Source: Polyangiaceae bacterium (GTDB taxonomy: Bacteria; Myxococcota_A; Polyangia; Polyangiales; Polyangiaceae). From it: a DNA stretch of 64,000 nucleotides. The translations under genes and the position numbers were made by a program. The notes under the pieces are model-generated. The model was not told the DNA's origin and ran no database searches. It saw nothing but the letters and a program-made list of their open reading frames with translations. Of the stretch, positions 49,061-59,978 are shown one piece after another (position 1 is the first letter of the stretch; each line of letters starts with the position of its first letter). The stretch covers positions 1,088,001-1,152,000 of the forward strand of contig CBDCTZ010000015.1 in assembly GCA_965222375.1 (NCBI GenBank), read 5' to 3'.

Positions 49061-49433
49061 CGGATACGGGCTCGTGTCGTCCTTCCGTGCACAGCAGTCG
49101 GTGGTGTTGTGTGTTGTGGTCCTCCCGGTCACAGCAGATCCCCTGGTGGTTGTGTGCGACTCGCTCACGAGATGCTCGTTGGGACCGCAGGCCAACGACT
49201 CGGTGACGAGTCGAAGCGGCGGGAGCCGGATGAACGCGGACGCGATCAGGATCCAGTAGACCGCGACGAGCGGGGCGACGAGTGCAAACCACCTCATCGG
49301 AGTCTGAGCTTCCTCCCCCGCTCGGCAGCACGCCAGTGGTTTCTTCGCGCCAACCCGTGTGAGTCGAACCTCCCCCGGCCCCGGGCTAGAATGCTAGGCT
49401 AGCGTCGGGCAGCGAACCGACCCAACCCTCCCC

Positions 49434-50042
49434 TCACTTGCTCGGGCAGTCGACTCCGTAGCACTGATTGAAGGCCGTCACCTGCCCGAACTTGGCGGTG
49501 AACTTGGAGCCATCGGGGCAGTTGATCGTTGCCGTGCCGCTGGTCTGATCGGGAACGTACTTCAATACCTCGCTGCCCTTGGTGGCCGTGATGGTGCCGC
49601 TCTGGACGTCGATGGTGATGCAGGGCGTGCTGCTACCGGGACTGTACATGCCAGGCATGGAGCCGCTACGGACGTACTTGTGACCATCGGACCAGGTGGT
49701 GGTGTCGTTCTGATCGGTGCAGGTGCCGCTGGTATCCGGCTTGTAGCAGCTGGTGAGGAACTTTTCGGCACAGGAACCGAACATGGGGTTGGAGGAATCC
49801 ACGCAGCTCGCTGTCCCGCCTGCAGAACCGCCCGCGCCGGCGTTCCCGGCGCTGCCGGCCGCGCCACCGCTCGCGGAACCCGCTTGCCCACCGCTCGCGG
49901 AACCCGCTTGCCCACCGCTCGCGGAGCCGGCCTGCCCACCGCTCGCGGAGCCGGCCTGCCCACCGGTCGAGCTCGACCCCCCGTCGTCATCCGACGAACA
50001 CCCAAACGCAAAGCACACAAGAAGAAGAGAGATGTTTCGCAT
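49434..50042 (-). CDS. Lipoprotein with 24-bp repeat stalk and small Cys-containing domain
   Basis: MRNISLLLVCFAFGC; (GGQAGSAS)x4. Confidence 0.7.
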   Translation of the reverse strand: MRNISLLLVCFAFGCSSDDDGGSSSTGGQAGSASGGQAGSASGGQAGSASGGQAGSASGGAAGSAGNAGAGGSAGGTASCVDSSNPMFGSCAEKFLTSCYKPDTSGTCTDQNDTTTWSDGHKYVRSGSMPGMYSPGSSTPCITIDVQSGTITATKGSEVLKYVPDQTSGTATINCPDGSKFTAKFGQVTAFNQCYGVDCPSK

Positions 50043-50227
50043 GCCGCCACCGGATGCAGGCGCCGTTCCAAACGACAAGTGCCGGTATTCGTGGGCATTG
50101 GCACGCTGTTCGGATCCACAGGCATGACATTGCCGACGCAGTGTGGGCTCAGAGCGTTGCTCTAGAGCAACACCTCGAGCGCGGGCTTCACAGGCGCCAC
50201 GCTCGTGGGGTAGCGGCAACGCCGGAT

Positions 50228-52162
50228 TCAGCTACCGTCCGCCTTGCGTGTGTCGCACGCCGTGGCGCTGGAGTCCGCGGCCTCGAAGAAGATGGGATTC
50301 ACGAAGCCAGCGTCGTTGTCGGGGGCTAGCGTCTTATTCTCGCGGATTTGCACCATCACGTAGCCAAGCTTCGCGCCCGCAGGCACGCCGCCGACGCGGT
50401 CGATCGTCGTCGTGCCCGTCCAAACCTGGCCCGCGTTGAGCTTCTTGTCCTGCAGCAACTTCGTCTCGACTCCATTGCGCCAGACGCTCACGTTGTAGTT
50501 GTGGGTTTGGACGGGCTTGACCAGCACCTTCACATCGAAGCTCGTGCGCGCCGGCTGCTCGCAGGCGGGCAGGGTGGAACCGCCCCAATAGTCGTAGAAG
50601 CCGTCACCGTTGGCATCAATGGTGACGTCGGCGACAACCGCCGGGTCCAAGTCTTGTACCACCGTAACGCGCCCCTCGCGCAGTGCTGCGACGACGAGAT
50701 CCGGCGCATTGTTTGCGACCGCTGAGGTTGAGGTCAGCGGCTTCACCCACATGAAGGGCGCGTCCATATGCGTCAGATCGATGATGCCGTGAAAGCTGCT
50801 GCAACCGGTGCTGCCGGTATAGGGCGTGCCGTTCACGTGGCAGTCGGTGCCTGCGATGCCTACCCAACGACGACCGGCTTGCAGACCTTGATCGCGCCAC
50901 CACTCGGGCGCGTTCATGTTGGTCAGCGTCGGATCCGGCGTGTTGACCTCGACTCCATCCACCAAGTCGAGATTGCCGAGCTGCCACTTCATCGGCGGCT
51001 CGATCAGGGCATTCTGGGTCGGGTGGTTGATGAACACCAACCCACCGGCACTCTTGATCTTCTCGATGCTAGCCTTGGTCTCGGCAACGGTCACGGGATC
51101 GTCGCCATGCCCGCGATGATCCGCGCGCTTGCACGGAGCGTCAGGCCCGTCGAACTTGGGACTGTTGACGTCGTGGTTCTCGTCCGAGTCGTCACAGGAA
51201 TCGGGGGGAAGCGGCGTGGCCGTGTGCACCTGCTTCGCCGTCGGCAGGTCCGTGATCTTCGCGGTCTTCGGGATCTGCGGCAGGAAGTTGCCGACGATGG
51301 TCAGGTGGCCCAAAGCGCTCGTCCACTCCATGCCATGCACTACACTAGGGCCATTAGCGTTCGCTTTGTCGTATTTCCGGAACGTATCCGTGTACCAGAG
51401 CCCTACGTTGTCATGATCCGTGACGATCACTGCGCCGATGTTGTGGTCCTTGGCAGCAGCCATGAGCCACTCCAACCCAGACTCCGAGAAGCTGCGCAGC
51501 AACAGCTCGTGACAAGCCTTGTCGTCGCCCAAGGTCTGGAAGCAACCGTTGAACCAATTGATGCGGTTCGCGTACACCGGTCCACCGACGTTGGCTTTGA
51601 CGTCCGCAATCGAATGATTGTGCGACACCACTCGGATCCAACCGTTCTGCCAGGTTGCCGGATCGGCGTAGTCGGGCTTGGCGAGTCGCACCACCGGTCC
51701 TTCAACGCGACAACTACCGTCGACGGTGGCAACTAGTCGCAAGAAGATATCCGGCGACGTCTTGTTCACCGCTGCCGTACCGGAAGCAAGCGTCGCATCC
51801 ACCGGCGCCATCACCGGCGAATACGACGTGCCCGCCGCATCCGGCGAAACTTCCGCGAACACCTGAGTACCCGCAGCGGCTCCGCTCCAAGTCAGCGCAA
51901 CGCTGTAGTCGTCCTTGCCTACGCTCAGCTCGATCTTCGCCGTATCGAGCGTGGGCACCGGCACGTTCGGACACGGACCCGCGTCCGGGAGCGGCAATCC
52001 ACTATCTCCCGCAAAGCCGCCACTACCGGCCGTGCCACCCGCGCCCGCCCCAGCTCCGACGCCACCACTGCCCCCCGGCCCACCACCGCTATCACTTTCG
52101 CCGCACGCAATGGCGATGATGACCGCGCTGGCCCCCGCCCCAATCAACCGAAGTTTCGCCAT
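50228..52162 (-). CDS. PHP-domain (CehA/McbA-like) metallohydrolase lipoprotein
   Basis: HNHS, VTDHDN, GMEWT..GH, INHP, DGVEV, GTDCH; GGAGG RBS. Confidence 0.8.
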   Translation of the reverse strand: MAKLRLIGAGASAVIIAIACGESDSGGGPGGSGGVGAGAGAGGTAGSGGFAGDSGLPLPDAGPCPNVPVPTLDTAKIELSVGKDDYSVALTWSGAAAGTQVFAEVSPDAAGTSYSPVMAPVDATLASGTAAVNKTSPDIFLRLVATVDGSCRVEGPVVRLAKPDYADPATWQNGWIRVVSHNHSIADVKANVGGPVYANRINWFNGCFQTLGDDKACHELLLRSFSESGLEWLMAAAKDHNIGAVIVTDHDNVGLWYTDTFRKYDKANANGPSVVHGMEWTSALGHLTIVGNFLPQIPKTAKITDLPTAKQVHTATPLPPDSCDDSDENHDVNSPKFDGPDAPCKRADHRGHGDDPVTVAETKASIEKIKSAGGLVFINHPTQNALIEPPMKWQLGNLDLVDGVEVNTPDPTLTNMNAPEWWRDQGLQAGRRWVGIAGTDCHVNGTPYTGSTGCSSFHGIIDLTHMDAPFMWVKPLTSTSAVANNAPDLVVAALREGRVTVVQDLDPAVVADVTIDANGDGFYDYWGGSTLPACEQPARTSFDVKVLVKPVQTHNYNVSVWRNGVETKLLQDKKLNAGQVWTGTTTIDRVGGVPAGAKLGYVMVQIRENKTLAPDNDAGFVNPIFFEAADSSATACDTRKADGS

Positions 52163-52434
52163 ACCTCCAGGGTACGCGAAGGACGCGATGGCGCGAGCAC
52201 AAATGGGTGAGCGCCGCTGAGCTTGATTGGTTTTTTGGGGTCGCGTAGCTGGCGCAGGCAGGGCCACTAGGCAGAAACAGAAGGGCTCGCTGGCGCCATC
52301 GCGGCCTCGACCTCTCTGCCACCATCCAGCAGTATGGCGCGTTTCCTTCGATGTGGGTCCGGCGAAGCCGGGTGGGTAACTACTCTCGACCCGGGCCGCG
52401 CAGGCGCAGCCTCAACGCAGCCGGCGGCGGGCCA

Positions 52435-53814
52435 TCAATTGCCCCGGGGCAAGCGATTCGCCAGAACGCCAGCTTTGTCGAGCCCTGTTGCGTTTTCTTC
52501 CGCGATGCACCGAAAGTCATTCGAGATGCGCTCGTGGCGGGCTACACGATGCCAGAACTCTTCTGCTGCCTCGGTTGCCTCTACCCAGGCGTCTCCCTCG
52601 CTCGGATCGGGCAACGCCATCTCGAGGCGGCGGGGCGGCAGGTTGCCTTGTTGGGGCGCGTACAACATCGGCACCATGTCGTAGGCGGGGGCGACACCGA
52701 CAATACGATGCCCACGAGAGAAGAACGACAGATTGCCCAGGTGCATGTCCGTGTTTCCAATCTGTCGCCCAAACCATTGTAAGAAGCGCACTTGCTCCGC
52801 CGCAGACCCGTCCACCATCCCTTGCTTAGCCAGCTCCTTCACCACCGAAACCCATGAAGTCGCTCCTCCAACGAACTCGGCGTCCAGCGTTTCGGCCGAA
52901 ATCAAGCCACGGCGGCCTCCAATGGGCGTTCGATCGAAGCGAGTCACCTCCAGAAACACCTGGACGTCGGCAAACACGAGTTCGGATTCCGCAGCAGCCC
53001 TGCCCCGCCCGCGCAGGACCTCCAGCGCCAAGTGCTCGGCAATGAGCAGGTCCGCGAATCGCCGGGCGATTTCGTTTTCGCTCCGCGGTGAGAACTTCAC
53101 GAGAACTTCGCGCCCACCCGCCTCGACAGATGTCAGGAACTTTGGCTGCTCGCCACCTGCCGAAGAACCGGGCGTGGCGCTGACTAGCATGTCCACGGCA
53201 AGCCTCGGGTATGCCGCGCTTCTCTCTCCTTGTGCCACTCGCTTGGGAGGACGCAGCGTGCGCTCCAGATACAAAGCGAATGCCTCGTCCCCAACGATCA
53301 AATTGCCTGGCAGATTCCAGGCGTAGCGCGTCAGATAGCGCAAGCATTGGTCACCGGACCACAGCCGAACGTCCGAAGGCAGCCGCAGCTCCGGGTGTTG
53401 CCTGGGGACGATTCGACCCAGGAACCCTTGCGGTCGCAGATCGTTCAAGAAGTAGGGCAAGTCGGCGTGGCTGCCTGAATCCACGTCTTCAACCACCGCT
53501 TCTACCTGATATCCCTCAGCCGCAATGGGGTGGAGGTTGGCAACCCTGCGCGAAGTAGCGTCTTCGTTGATTTCGTAGATCGGTACCGGCGCCTGCACGT
53601 CCGCTACGACCCGACGGAGCGAGTAGCGGGTTGCACGACCTCGCCCCGACACGAGCAGTTCATCTCGGTGGGCAGCGGCGATGCGCGAGAACGACGGCTG
53701 CGAAATCCCGGCCGCGTGCGCCAACTCGGTGCCGGAACTCGAGCCCTCCCGCAGCAGGGAGCGCGAGATCGCGTCCCAGGTTGCTTCCAGATCGAGCTTC
53801 GGCTCCTTTGGCAT
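52435..53814 (-). CDS. yjjJ: HipA-family kinase, YjjJ type (N-terminal HTH)
   Basis: GISQPSFSR HTH, PQGFLGR, SSAGGEQPKF, GNTDMHLGNLSF, APAYDM. Confidence 0.85.
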   Translation of the reverse strand: MPKEPKLDLEATWDAISRSLLREGSSSGTELAHAAGISQPSFSRIAAAHRDELLVSGRGRATRYSLRRVVADVQAPVPIYEINEDATSRRVANLHPIAAEGYQVEAVVEDVDSGSHADLPYFLNDLRPQGFLGRIVPRQHPELRLPSDVRLWSGDQCLRYLTRYAWNLPGNLIVGDEAFALYLERTLRPPKRVAQGERSAAYPRLAVDMLVSATPGSSAGGEQPKFLTSVEAGGREVLVKFSPRSENEIARRFADLLIAEHLALEVLRGRGRAAAESELVFADVQVFLEVTRFDRTPIGGRRGLISAETLDAEFVGGATSWVSVVKELAKQGMVDGSAAEQVRFLQWFGRQIGNTDMHLGNLSFFSRGHRIVGVAPAYDMVPMLYAPQQGNLPPRRLEMALPDPSEGDAWVEATEAAEEFWHRVARHERISNDFRCIAEENATGLDKAGVLANRLPRGN

Positions 53815-53893
53815 TATAGAATATATAATAACATGCTAAATACCGTCTAGAATGGCAAATTTTACGGGGATATTGGCAAGATCGATTGCATTT

Positions 53894-54295
53894 TTAGAAT
53901 GAATATCTGTAACGACTCAGCCGGGAAGCGAAGGCGATTCGCCCCTGCCCCACGTGGCTCTCGTCTTGCTCGAACTGCCCCGCAGTCACCTTCACCTGGC
54001 AATGGCTGCAGTGCCCGGCTGCCTTGGTGGCCAGAGGCCCGCCGCAGTTGGGGCACACGAGATCGGTACGTGCCTTAGCCCCGCTTTGACCGACACTGCG
54101 CGCGCCTTGCCACTCTGCGCCCGCTTGAAGATGACGACGGGGTTCGGCGCGGGCTTGGACGAACCCGACGAGCCCGAGGACGAGCGCGACGACGATGAAC
54201 GCGAGGACGACCAGCTGGAGGATGCAGAGGAATCCGAGCTTGGTGAACGCGCTCAGCGTGCGCAGCGGAGCCATTTCGCGTTTCCGCCCCATCAT
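53894..54295 (-). pseudogene. Remnant with TM segment and zinc-ribbon motif
   Basis: CPNCGGPL....GHCSHC; short and discontinuous. Confidence 0.3.
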
Positions 54296-54349
54296 GTCAC
54301 CGCATCCGGCAATTCCTTGTGCAAAGTCAGCTTCGCTGTGCCACTAGAT

Positions 54350-54366
54350 TGGGCACGACCGTTGCT
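54350..54366 (+). promoter_or_regulatory. Candidate sigma54 -24/-12 promoter
   Basis: TGGGCACGACCGTTGCT (GG-N10-GC), ~70 bp upstream of the 54437 ATG, which has an AGGAGG RBS. Confidence 0.55.
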
Positions 54367-54436
54367 GTGCAATAGAGGCGCGCAGCCTCGTCAGCGCGGC
54401 TCCCGCAATCTCTAGCCAGGCCAAGGAGGACAGATC

Positions 54437-55264
54437 ATGCCCAGTTTCGCCAATGATTCGGCGCCCCTACGCGGAGGCTTGCTCGTGGCGGGGGCGATCC
54501 TGGTTGTGGCCTGCGGCGGCCGCGACACCCTCGACGACCAGGATTTTGGTGGCACGGGTGGCACACCTGCAAGCGGCGGAGGCGCGAACGCCGGGAGCGG
54601 TGGCTTCGGCGCAACGGGCGGACTCGGTGCGACGGGTGGCCTCGGCGCAACAGGCGGCGTCGGTGCCACTGGCGGCTCCGGTGCAACAGGCGGCTCTGGC
54701 GCCACTGGCGGCTTTGGTGCCACTGGCGGCTTCGGCGCAACCGGCGGCTTTGGTGCAACCGGTGGCTTTGGTGCCACTGGCGGATTCGGCGCAACCGGCG
54801 CAACCGGTGGCTTCGGCGCGACCGGTGGCTTTGGTGCCACCGGTGGCTTTGGTGCCACTGGCGGCTTTGGTGCCACTGGCGGCTTTGGTGCCACTGGCGG
54901 CTTCGGCGCAACCGGCGGCTTTGGTGCAACCGGTGGCTTTGGTGCCACTGGCGGCTTCGGCGCAACCGGCGGGTTCGGTGGAACCGGCGGCAGCCCGCTG
55001 AATTGCGTGCTGTGCATCGCCCAGAATTGCCCCGCGGCGCAACAGTGCTTCGCCGATCCCAAGTGCCTCAACGGCACAGCCTGCGCAGTGCAGAACTGTT
55101 TCATCGGTGGCAGCCCTGACTTGAACTGCGCCCTGACCAAATGCTTCAACGGCGACATCAACACCGCCCTCAAAGCCCTCCAAGCCTACCAATGCGTCGC
55201 CTCAGCCTGCGGTCCCCAATGCGCAGTGGGCTTCGCGTCATCGGGATCTGCGGGGCCAAACTAG
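54437..55264 (+). CDS. Lipoprotein with ~20 GGFGAT repeats and Cys-rich C-terminus
   Basis: VVAC lipobox; 18-bp tandem repeats ~54600-54985. Confidence 0.75.
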   Translation: MPSFANDSAPLRGGLLVAGAILVVACGGRDTLDDQDFGGTGGTPASGGGANAGSGGFGATGGLGATGGLGATGGVGATGGSGATGGSGATGGFGATGGFGATGGFGATGGFGATGGFGATGATGGFGATGGFGATGGFGATGGFGATGGFGATGGFGATGGFGATGGFGATGGFGATGGFGGTGGSPLNCVLCIAQNCPAAQQCFADPKCLNGTACAVQNCFIGGSPDLNCALTKCFNGDINTALKALQAYQCVASACGPQCAVGFASSGSAGPN

Positions 55265-55932
55265 TCCGCCGGTCCGCGCCCCACCCAAAGGCCGCGCCGG
55301 CGCGCGTGACGCGACCGCCGGCGCGCCATCGCCAAGCCCAAGACAGACAGGAAGAAGAGTGTGATGGGGCCACCCCGGGCGCTCTGGTTGGAGTCGACGG
55401 AGCAGCTCCTGCTGCAACTCTTGCTGCAGCTGAAACCGGACCCGGAACCCAGAGGCAAGGGTGGTGGGCGATTGTTGATCTTGCCGTCGGCGCCCCGCGG
55501 CATCGCGGCCATGTTCACGCCTGCGGCGAGACACACTTTCGCTGGACGGCACTGTCCCGTGGCGCACTTCTCCGCGCCGGCGCAGGCGTTCACGGGACTC
55601 CAATACTTGTGCTCCTTGCCCCGGCGGTCCGTGGAGGTGACGAACTCGTGGCAGAGGGATGCGGTGCGACAGGTATGGCCAGGCTCCGTGCAACCGGAAT
55701 CATCGATGCACACCGCTGGGGCGCAATAGCCGCCGACGTATCCTCGCCAACCGGGTGGACAGTTCGTTGGGGCCTTGTCCGCGCAGCGCGGTCCTGCATG
55801 GCTGGTTTCCGGGACCTTGCCCGGTGGGCACACCTTCGGCGCGGGCGGAACTGCGTCGGCACCAGCACGGGCCGGCACCAACGACGCATACGCGAAGGCA
55901 GCAATGAGTAGCAGATTGCGCAACGCGGCCAT
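55261..55932 (-). CDS. Secreted Cys-rich protein with MYXO-CTERM-like tail
   Basis: Signal peptide, Cys-rich body, SCS-TM-RRR. Confidence 0.65.
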   Translation of the reverse strand: MAALRNLLLIAAFAYASLVPARAGADAVPPAPKVCPPGKVPETSHAGPRCADKAPTNCPPGWRGYVGGYCAPAVCIDDSGCTEPGHTCRTASLCHEFVTSTDRRGKEHKYWSPVNACAGAEKCATGQCRPAKVCLAAGVNMAAMPRGADGKINNRPPPLPLGSGSGFSCSKSCSRSCSVDSNQSARGGPITLFFLSVLGLAMARRRSRHARRRGLWVGRGPAD

Positions 55933-56034
55933 GGTCGGATTGCGTGGCGCTGATGTCCACACCTAGATCACGAGGCCTGGGCTGGAAGCGGCCGCGCTTC
56001 GGCATCCGCCATTCCTCCGCGCCCACGCTTCACC

Positions 56035-56661
56035 TCAGTCTTCACCCTCCGAATAGGTCTTCTTGAACGCCGGGCGCTCCGCTAAACGCTGGTAGTAGGA
56101 CTGCAGCGGCGCCGCGTCGCTCAGGCCGTCGACTTTGTGGGCCCAGTGCAAACTGCTGCCGATCATGATGTCGGCCGCCGAGAAGCTGTCGCCCAGAATG
56201 TAGGGCCTCTTGGCCAGTGCCGGATCGAGCGCGACTCGAGATTTGGCCAAATCATCCAGCGCTACCTGATTGCGCTGGGCGGCGTCGGGCTTGTCTTTGA
56301 AGAACCAATGCGCAGCGAAGAGTTTGGTGCAGGCCTGCTCCAGGTTGGTCGCGGCAAAGAAGATCCACTGGTAACATAGTGCCCGCGCAGCGGAATCGCG
56401 CGGTGGCAAGATCTTGCCCTCACCGTACTTCTCCGCCAGGAACAACACCGCCGCGCCGGACTCCCAGAACTGCGCGTCGCCATCCTCGATCACGGGCACT
56501 TTTCCCAGCGGGTGCTTGGCCTTGTGCTCTGCCTCCTGGCCACCGCCGGAGAACAGCGCGATGGTGACGCGCTGGTAGGGCACCTCCAACTCGTTGAGCA
56601 CCCAGCGCGGTCGACAGTCCCGCGTCCAATTCATCGTACTGCCCGTGATCTTGATCGTCAT
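56035..56661 (-). CDS. Glutathione S-transferase family protein
   Basis: HPLGKVP, ESGA..LFLAEKY, GDSFSAADI, RPAF. Confidence 0.92.
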   Translation of the reverse strand: MTIKITGSTMNWTRDCRPRWVLNELEVPYQRVTIALFSGGGQEAEHKAKHPLGKVPVIEDGDAQFWESGAAVLFLAEKYGEGKILPPRDSAARALCYQWIFFAATNLEQACTKLFAAHWFFKDKPDAAQRNQVALDDLAKSRVALDPALAKRPYILGDSFSAADIMIGSSLHWAHKVDGLSDAAPLQSYYQRLAERPAFKKTYSEGED

Positions 56662-56958
56662 GTTCCCTGCTCCTGAGAAGTCGAGTTCGGGCTCGACCGG
56701 GGATGAGACATGAATGTACGGCCCGCGGGGCGAGGTCAATCCCAAGACACAGGATCGCCGCACTCGGGGCAAAGGCTCGGGTAGAGCTGCGCAACGGACC
56801 TAGTCTTCGATGACCCCTGCGCACTTGGGCTCGAGTGCATCTCAGGCAAGTGCAAGACGCCACTATCCAATTGTGAGTAGCAACCTCCGCAGATACGCTG
56901 GCGAGCGTCTCCCACCGCGACTGTGCGCACCCTCGGGCCGTGTGATAGAGCCGATCCC

Positions 56959-57846
56959 ATGATGACTTCTTGGCTTCGCTCGGTGGGTTTGGTTGCTGCG
57001 ATTGGGGCGGGAGGCGCGTGTTCGTCTTCTGGCTCGGGTGGCGGCGTCGTAGATGGCGGACCCGGCGGCGCGGGTGGTGTTGGAGCCACGGGAGGTGCCG
57101 GAGCTACGGGCGGTGGCGGCACCGGCGGTCAAAGCGACTCCGGCGTGTGCAAAATCGATGGCCAGATATGTGCGGCCTTCGGGGAATGCTGCACAGGCAC
57201 CTGCACCCAGGGGCGGTGCGGAGGCGTGGCGTGTGTGGCCGACGGCGGCAGTTGCACTGTGTTCGGCGATTGCTGCAACGGTAGCTGCGTGCAGGGCACC
57301 TGCGGCGGCGGAGCCGATGCTGGTCCGGGCTATCCGCCTGGCCCCTATGGCGTCAACGTCGGTGACATCATCGAAAACACGAGCTTCGACGGTTTCGGTG
57401 GTGGCCAAACAAACCAACTGAAGACGATCAGCCTCGGGGACTTTTACAACCCCACCGACGCAGCACAGAAGCCCCGGCTCCTCGTGTTGGCCATGAAGGC
57501 GATGTGGGCCTCGCCCGCCGTGGTGCAAGCTGAGAAGCTGAACTACGTCTTTTGGAACGGCAGCAATCGCGTCGAATTCCTCAGCGTGTTCTCGGACGGA
57601 CAGAGTTCGGGAATCGCAGCGACGAAGGACGAACTGAAGTTCTGGGTCACGGCTTTCTCAGTGGCTCATCCGGTCGCCCTCGATCCTAACTTCTCCAAGC
57701 TGAGCGCATTATTCGCGGTCGGCGGCGCCGCCGTCCCCTACAACGTCTACATAGACACCCGCACGATGAAGATCGTGGAGCAGCAGGCGGGCGGGCAGGA
57801 GTTCGACACGACCAACAGCGTGCTCAACGGCCTGCTGGGCTCGTGA
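56959..57846 (+). CDS. Lipoprotein: Cys-rich repeats plus TlpA-like thioredoxin fold lacking CxxC
   Basis: YPPGPYG..VGDII, ISLGDFY, A.WASPA, PVALDP, VPYNVYID. Confidence 0.7.
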   Translation: MMTSWLRSVGLVAAIGAGGACSSSGSGGGVVDGGPGGAGGVGATGGAGATGGGGTGGQSDSGVCKIDGQICAAFGECCTGTCTQGRCGGVACVADGGSCTVFGDCCNGSCVQGTCGGGADAGPGYPPGPYGVNVGDIIENTSFDGFGGGQTNQLKTISLGDFYNPTDAAQKPRLLVLAMKAMWASPAVVQAEKLNYVFWNGSNRVEFLSVFSDGQSSGIAATKDELKFWVTAFSVAHPVALDPNFSKLSALFAVGGAAVPYNVYIDTRTMKIVEQQAGGQEFDTTNSVLNGLLGS

Positions 57847-58187
57847 GCCGACGCACCCGAGGCTAGAAGGGCGCAAGCTCAACCGCGCAGGCGGACTCGT
57901 CTGTGCCTTGAGGACATTTACGGAAAAGTGGATCGATGGACGGGAACATCCAATCGGTTTCGCCATCGACCGAGAGCAGGCTGGCCAGGCCCCCGTTCGG
58001 CGTGGCATTCGACGAAGAGTCCTCGGTGAAGCCCAACACAACCTCGCGGGCCAGACCGTCGGAGCAGTTGCCCGAGATCCGCCGTGCATCCCGACGCCGT
58101 CAGGATAGTCCGGCCATTGGCGCCGCGCCAGACACGCCACCGATTAGGCCAATTGATCGGCCGCGCGAAATGCGCCACCGTTGGGCT

Positions 58188-58407
58188 GTGCAGGATACTT
58201 CTGGCGCGACGCCGATACTTTGAGCTGTTGCGGCGCCAATCGCCGGCTCAGAAGCTCCGCACCGTGGTCGCCCTGACCAACGCCGCTCGACGGATGGCGA
58301 TCGCAGGGATCCGCGAGCAATACCCGGACGCATCTCCGGAGCAGGAACGACGCTTGCCCGCAGAGCGTCTCTACGCTGAGCAAGGAGCCGCAGTTTTCGG
58401 TTCATGA
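58188..58407 (+). pseudogene. Small helical protein upstream of nucleotidyltransferase, frameshifted
   Basis: VQDTS and RRYFELLRR..AGIR..PDAS are in different frames. Confidence 0.5.
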
Positions 58408-58660
58408 GCCCACGGATGAGCGACGACGACGTGCTTGGGATCGCGCTTCGGGTCGCGCGAGCCATCGAAGAGGCGGGAGGCCAGTACTTCGTGGGCGGTA
58501 GTCTCGCGAGCAGTCTGGACGGAGATCCGCGCACCACAAACGACGTCGACTTCGTGGTGGATATGCCGCTCGGGCGAGTTGCCGCGTTGAGAGAAGCCCT
58601 AGGCGCAGACTTTGAAGTCGACGTGGACGTGCTGCGCGCGACGCTGCACGGCGGGGGCTG
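58404..58660 (+). pseudogene. Truncated minimal nucleotidyltransferase
   Basis: YFVGGSLASS..GDPRTTNDVDFVV, then protein-like sequence is lost where it collides with the sulfatase 3' end. Confidence 0.65.
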
Positions 58661-58683
58661 TGCGGGGGCGAAGCGACCACGCC

Positions 58684-59880
58684 TCAGTAACGCTGCCCCG
58701 GGGGCGCACCCTTCAGGGTGGCGCCGCCAACGACGGGCATCACTTTGACTTGGCCCCAGAGCTCTTTGTCGAGGGCGCGCATGCGGCGGAAGACTTCGCG
58801 CTCTTTGACGTGGAGCTCTTTCTTCTCTTTGTAGTCTTTGCCGGCGTTGAAGAGTTGGAAGCCGCGGTTGTCGCCGTACACGACCAGCTTGTAGTCACCG
58901 TCGATGATGGCGCGACGTTTGTCCATCAGGTTGCCGCGAGGCAAATCCACAATGACGGGCCGCGGTTTGACTTCGGCGCCGAAGACCTCGGGCACGAGGC
59001 TCACGCCTCTATAACCTTCGACGGAAAGCGACATCAGCTCGGCCATGGTGGGAGCCAGATCGATCGCGCCCCGCGGCGCTTCGATGCGGCGGGGCTTGGC
59101 GCCGGGCACGTGGATGATCAGCGGGACGCGAACCAAGCTCTCCCAGACTTCGTAGGCATGACGGTAGTGACCGCGCTCGCCGAAGCCCTCGCCGTGATCC
59201 GCCGTGATGATCACCACGGTATTCTTGCCCCAGGGCTGCGCCTGCGCCCAATCCACCAGATTGCCCACCCAGCGATCCGTGTAGTGGACCTCGTTGTCGT
59301 AGAGATCGCGCCGCTTGTTGCCGAAGTCCGGCGACTCCTTGTGCTTCACGTAGCGGTAGTGCGGATCGAGGAAATGGAAGTAGGCGAAGAAGGTGCGCTT
59401 GCCGGTGGCGTCGACGTTCTTCGGGTCCGACAACATCTCTTTGGCTAGGACATTGAGGCGATCACTGTTCACGTCATGCACGCCTGTCTTGTCCAAAAAC
59501 GTGCCTTTCAACAAACGGTAGTCATCGAAGCCTTGATTCACGCCGAAGGGCGCCAAGAAGTAGCCGTGGCCGTTTCCGGTCAGAGTGCGCACGCCTTTGG
59601 CCTGAGCGCGCTCGCTGATCAGTTCGTTTTCCGGATACCAACGCGTGAAGAAGCGGCCGTCGCGCTTCATTTCGCTCGGGTACCTGCCGCACAGCATGGG
59701 TACGACACTGTTCGCCGTATAACTGCTGAGAGAGTACGCGCGCGGGTAGAGGGTGGAGCGCTCAGCGAACTTGGTGAGCCAGGGCGCGATGTCCCGTGGG
59801 TATCCCGCCCAGGGCATATCCGCGCGAAGCGCGTCGATGGTGATCAATAGGACGTTGTAGGGCGGGTTTGGTTTTCTCAA
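58684..59880 (-). CDS. Sulfatase-like (alkaline phosphatase superfamily) protein, possibly 5'-truncated
   Basis: NVLLITIDALRAD, HFLDPH, YDNEV..TD, TADHGE, HAYEVWE..RVPL, DLAPT. Confidence 0.85.
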   Translation of the reverse strand: MRKPNPPYNVLLITIDALRADMPWAGYPRDIAPWLTKFAERSTLYPRAYSLSSYTANSVVPMLCGRYPSEMKRDGRFFTRWYPENELISERAQAKGVRTLTGNGHGYFLAPFGVNQGFDDYRLLKGTFLDKTGVHDVNSDRLNVLAKEMLSDPKNVDATGKRTFFAYFHFLDPHYRYVKHKESPDFGNKRRDLYDNEVHYTDRWVGNLVDWAQAQPWGKNTVVIITADHGEGFGERGHYRHAYEVWESLVRVPLIIHVPGAKPRRIEAPRGAIDLAPTMAELMSLSVEGYRGVSLVPEVFGAEVKPRPVIVDLPRGNLMDKRRAIIDGDYKLVVYGDNRGFQLFNAGKDYKEKKELHVKEREVFRRMRALDKELWGQVKVMPVVGGATLKGAPPGQRY

Positions 59881-59978
59881 ATCGCCCGTCGTTCCAGCGT
59901 GAGTGAAACAACTAGATCGTGGAACGGAGGTTACGTGAACTTCCGCCGTCGTATCTGCCCGCGGACGCTTTGGTCGGC

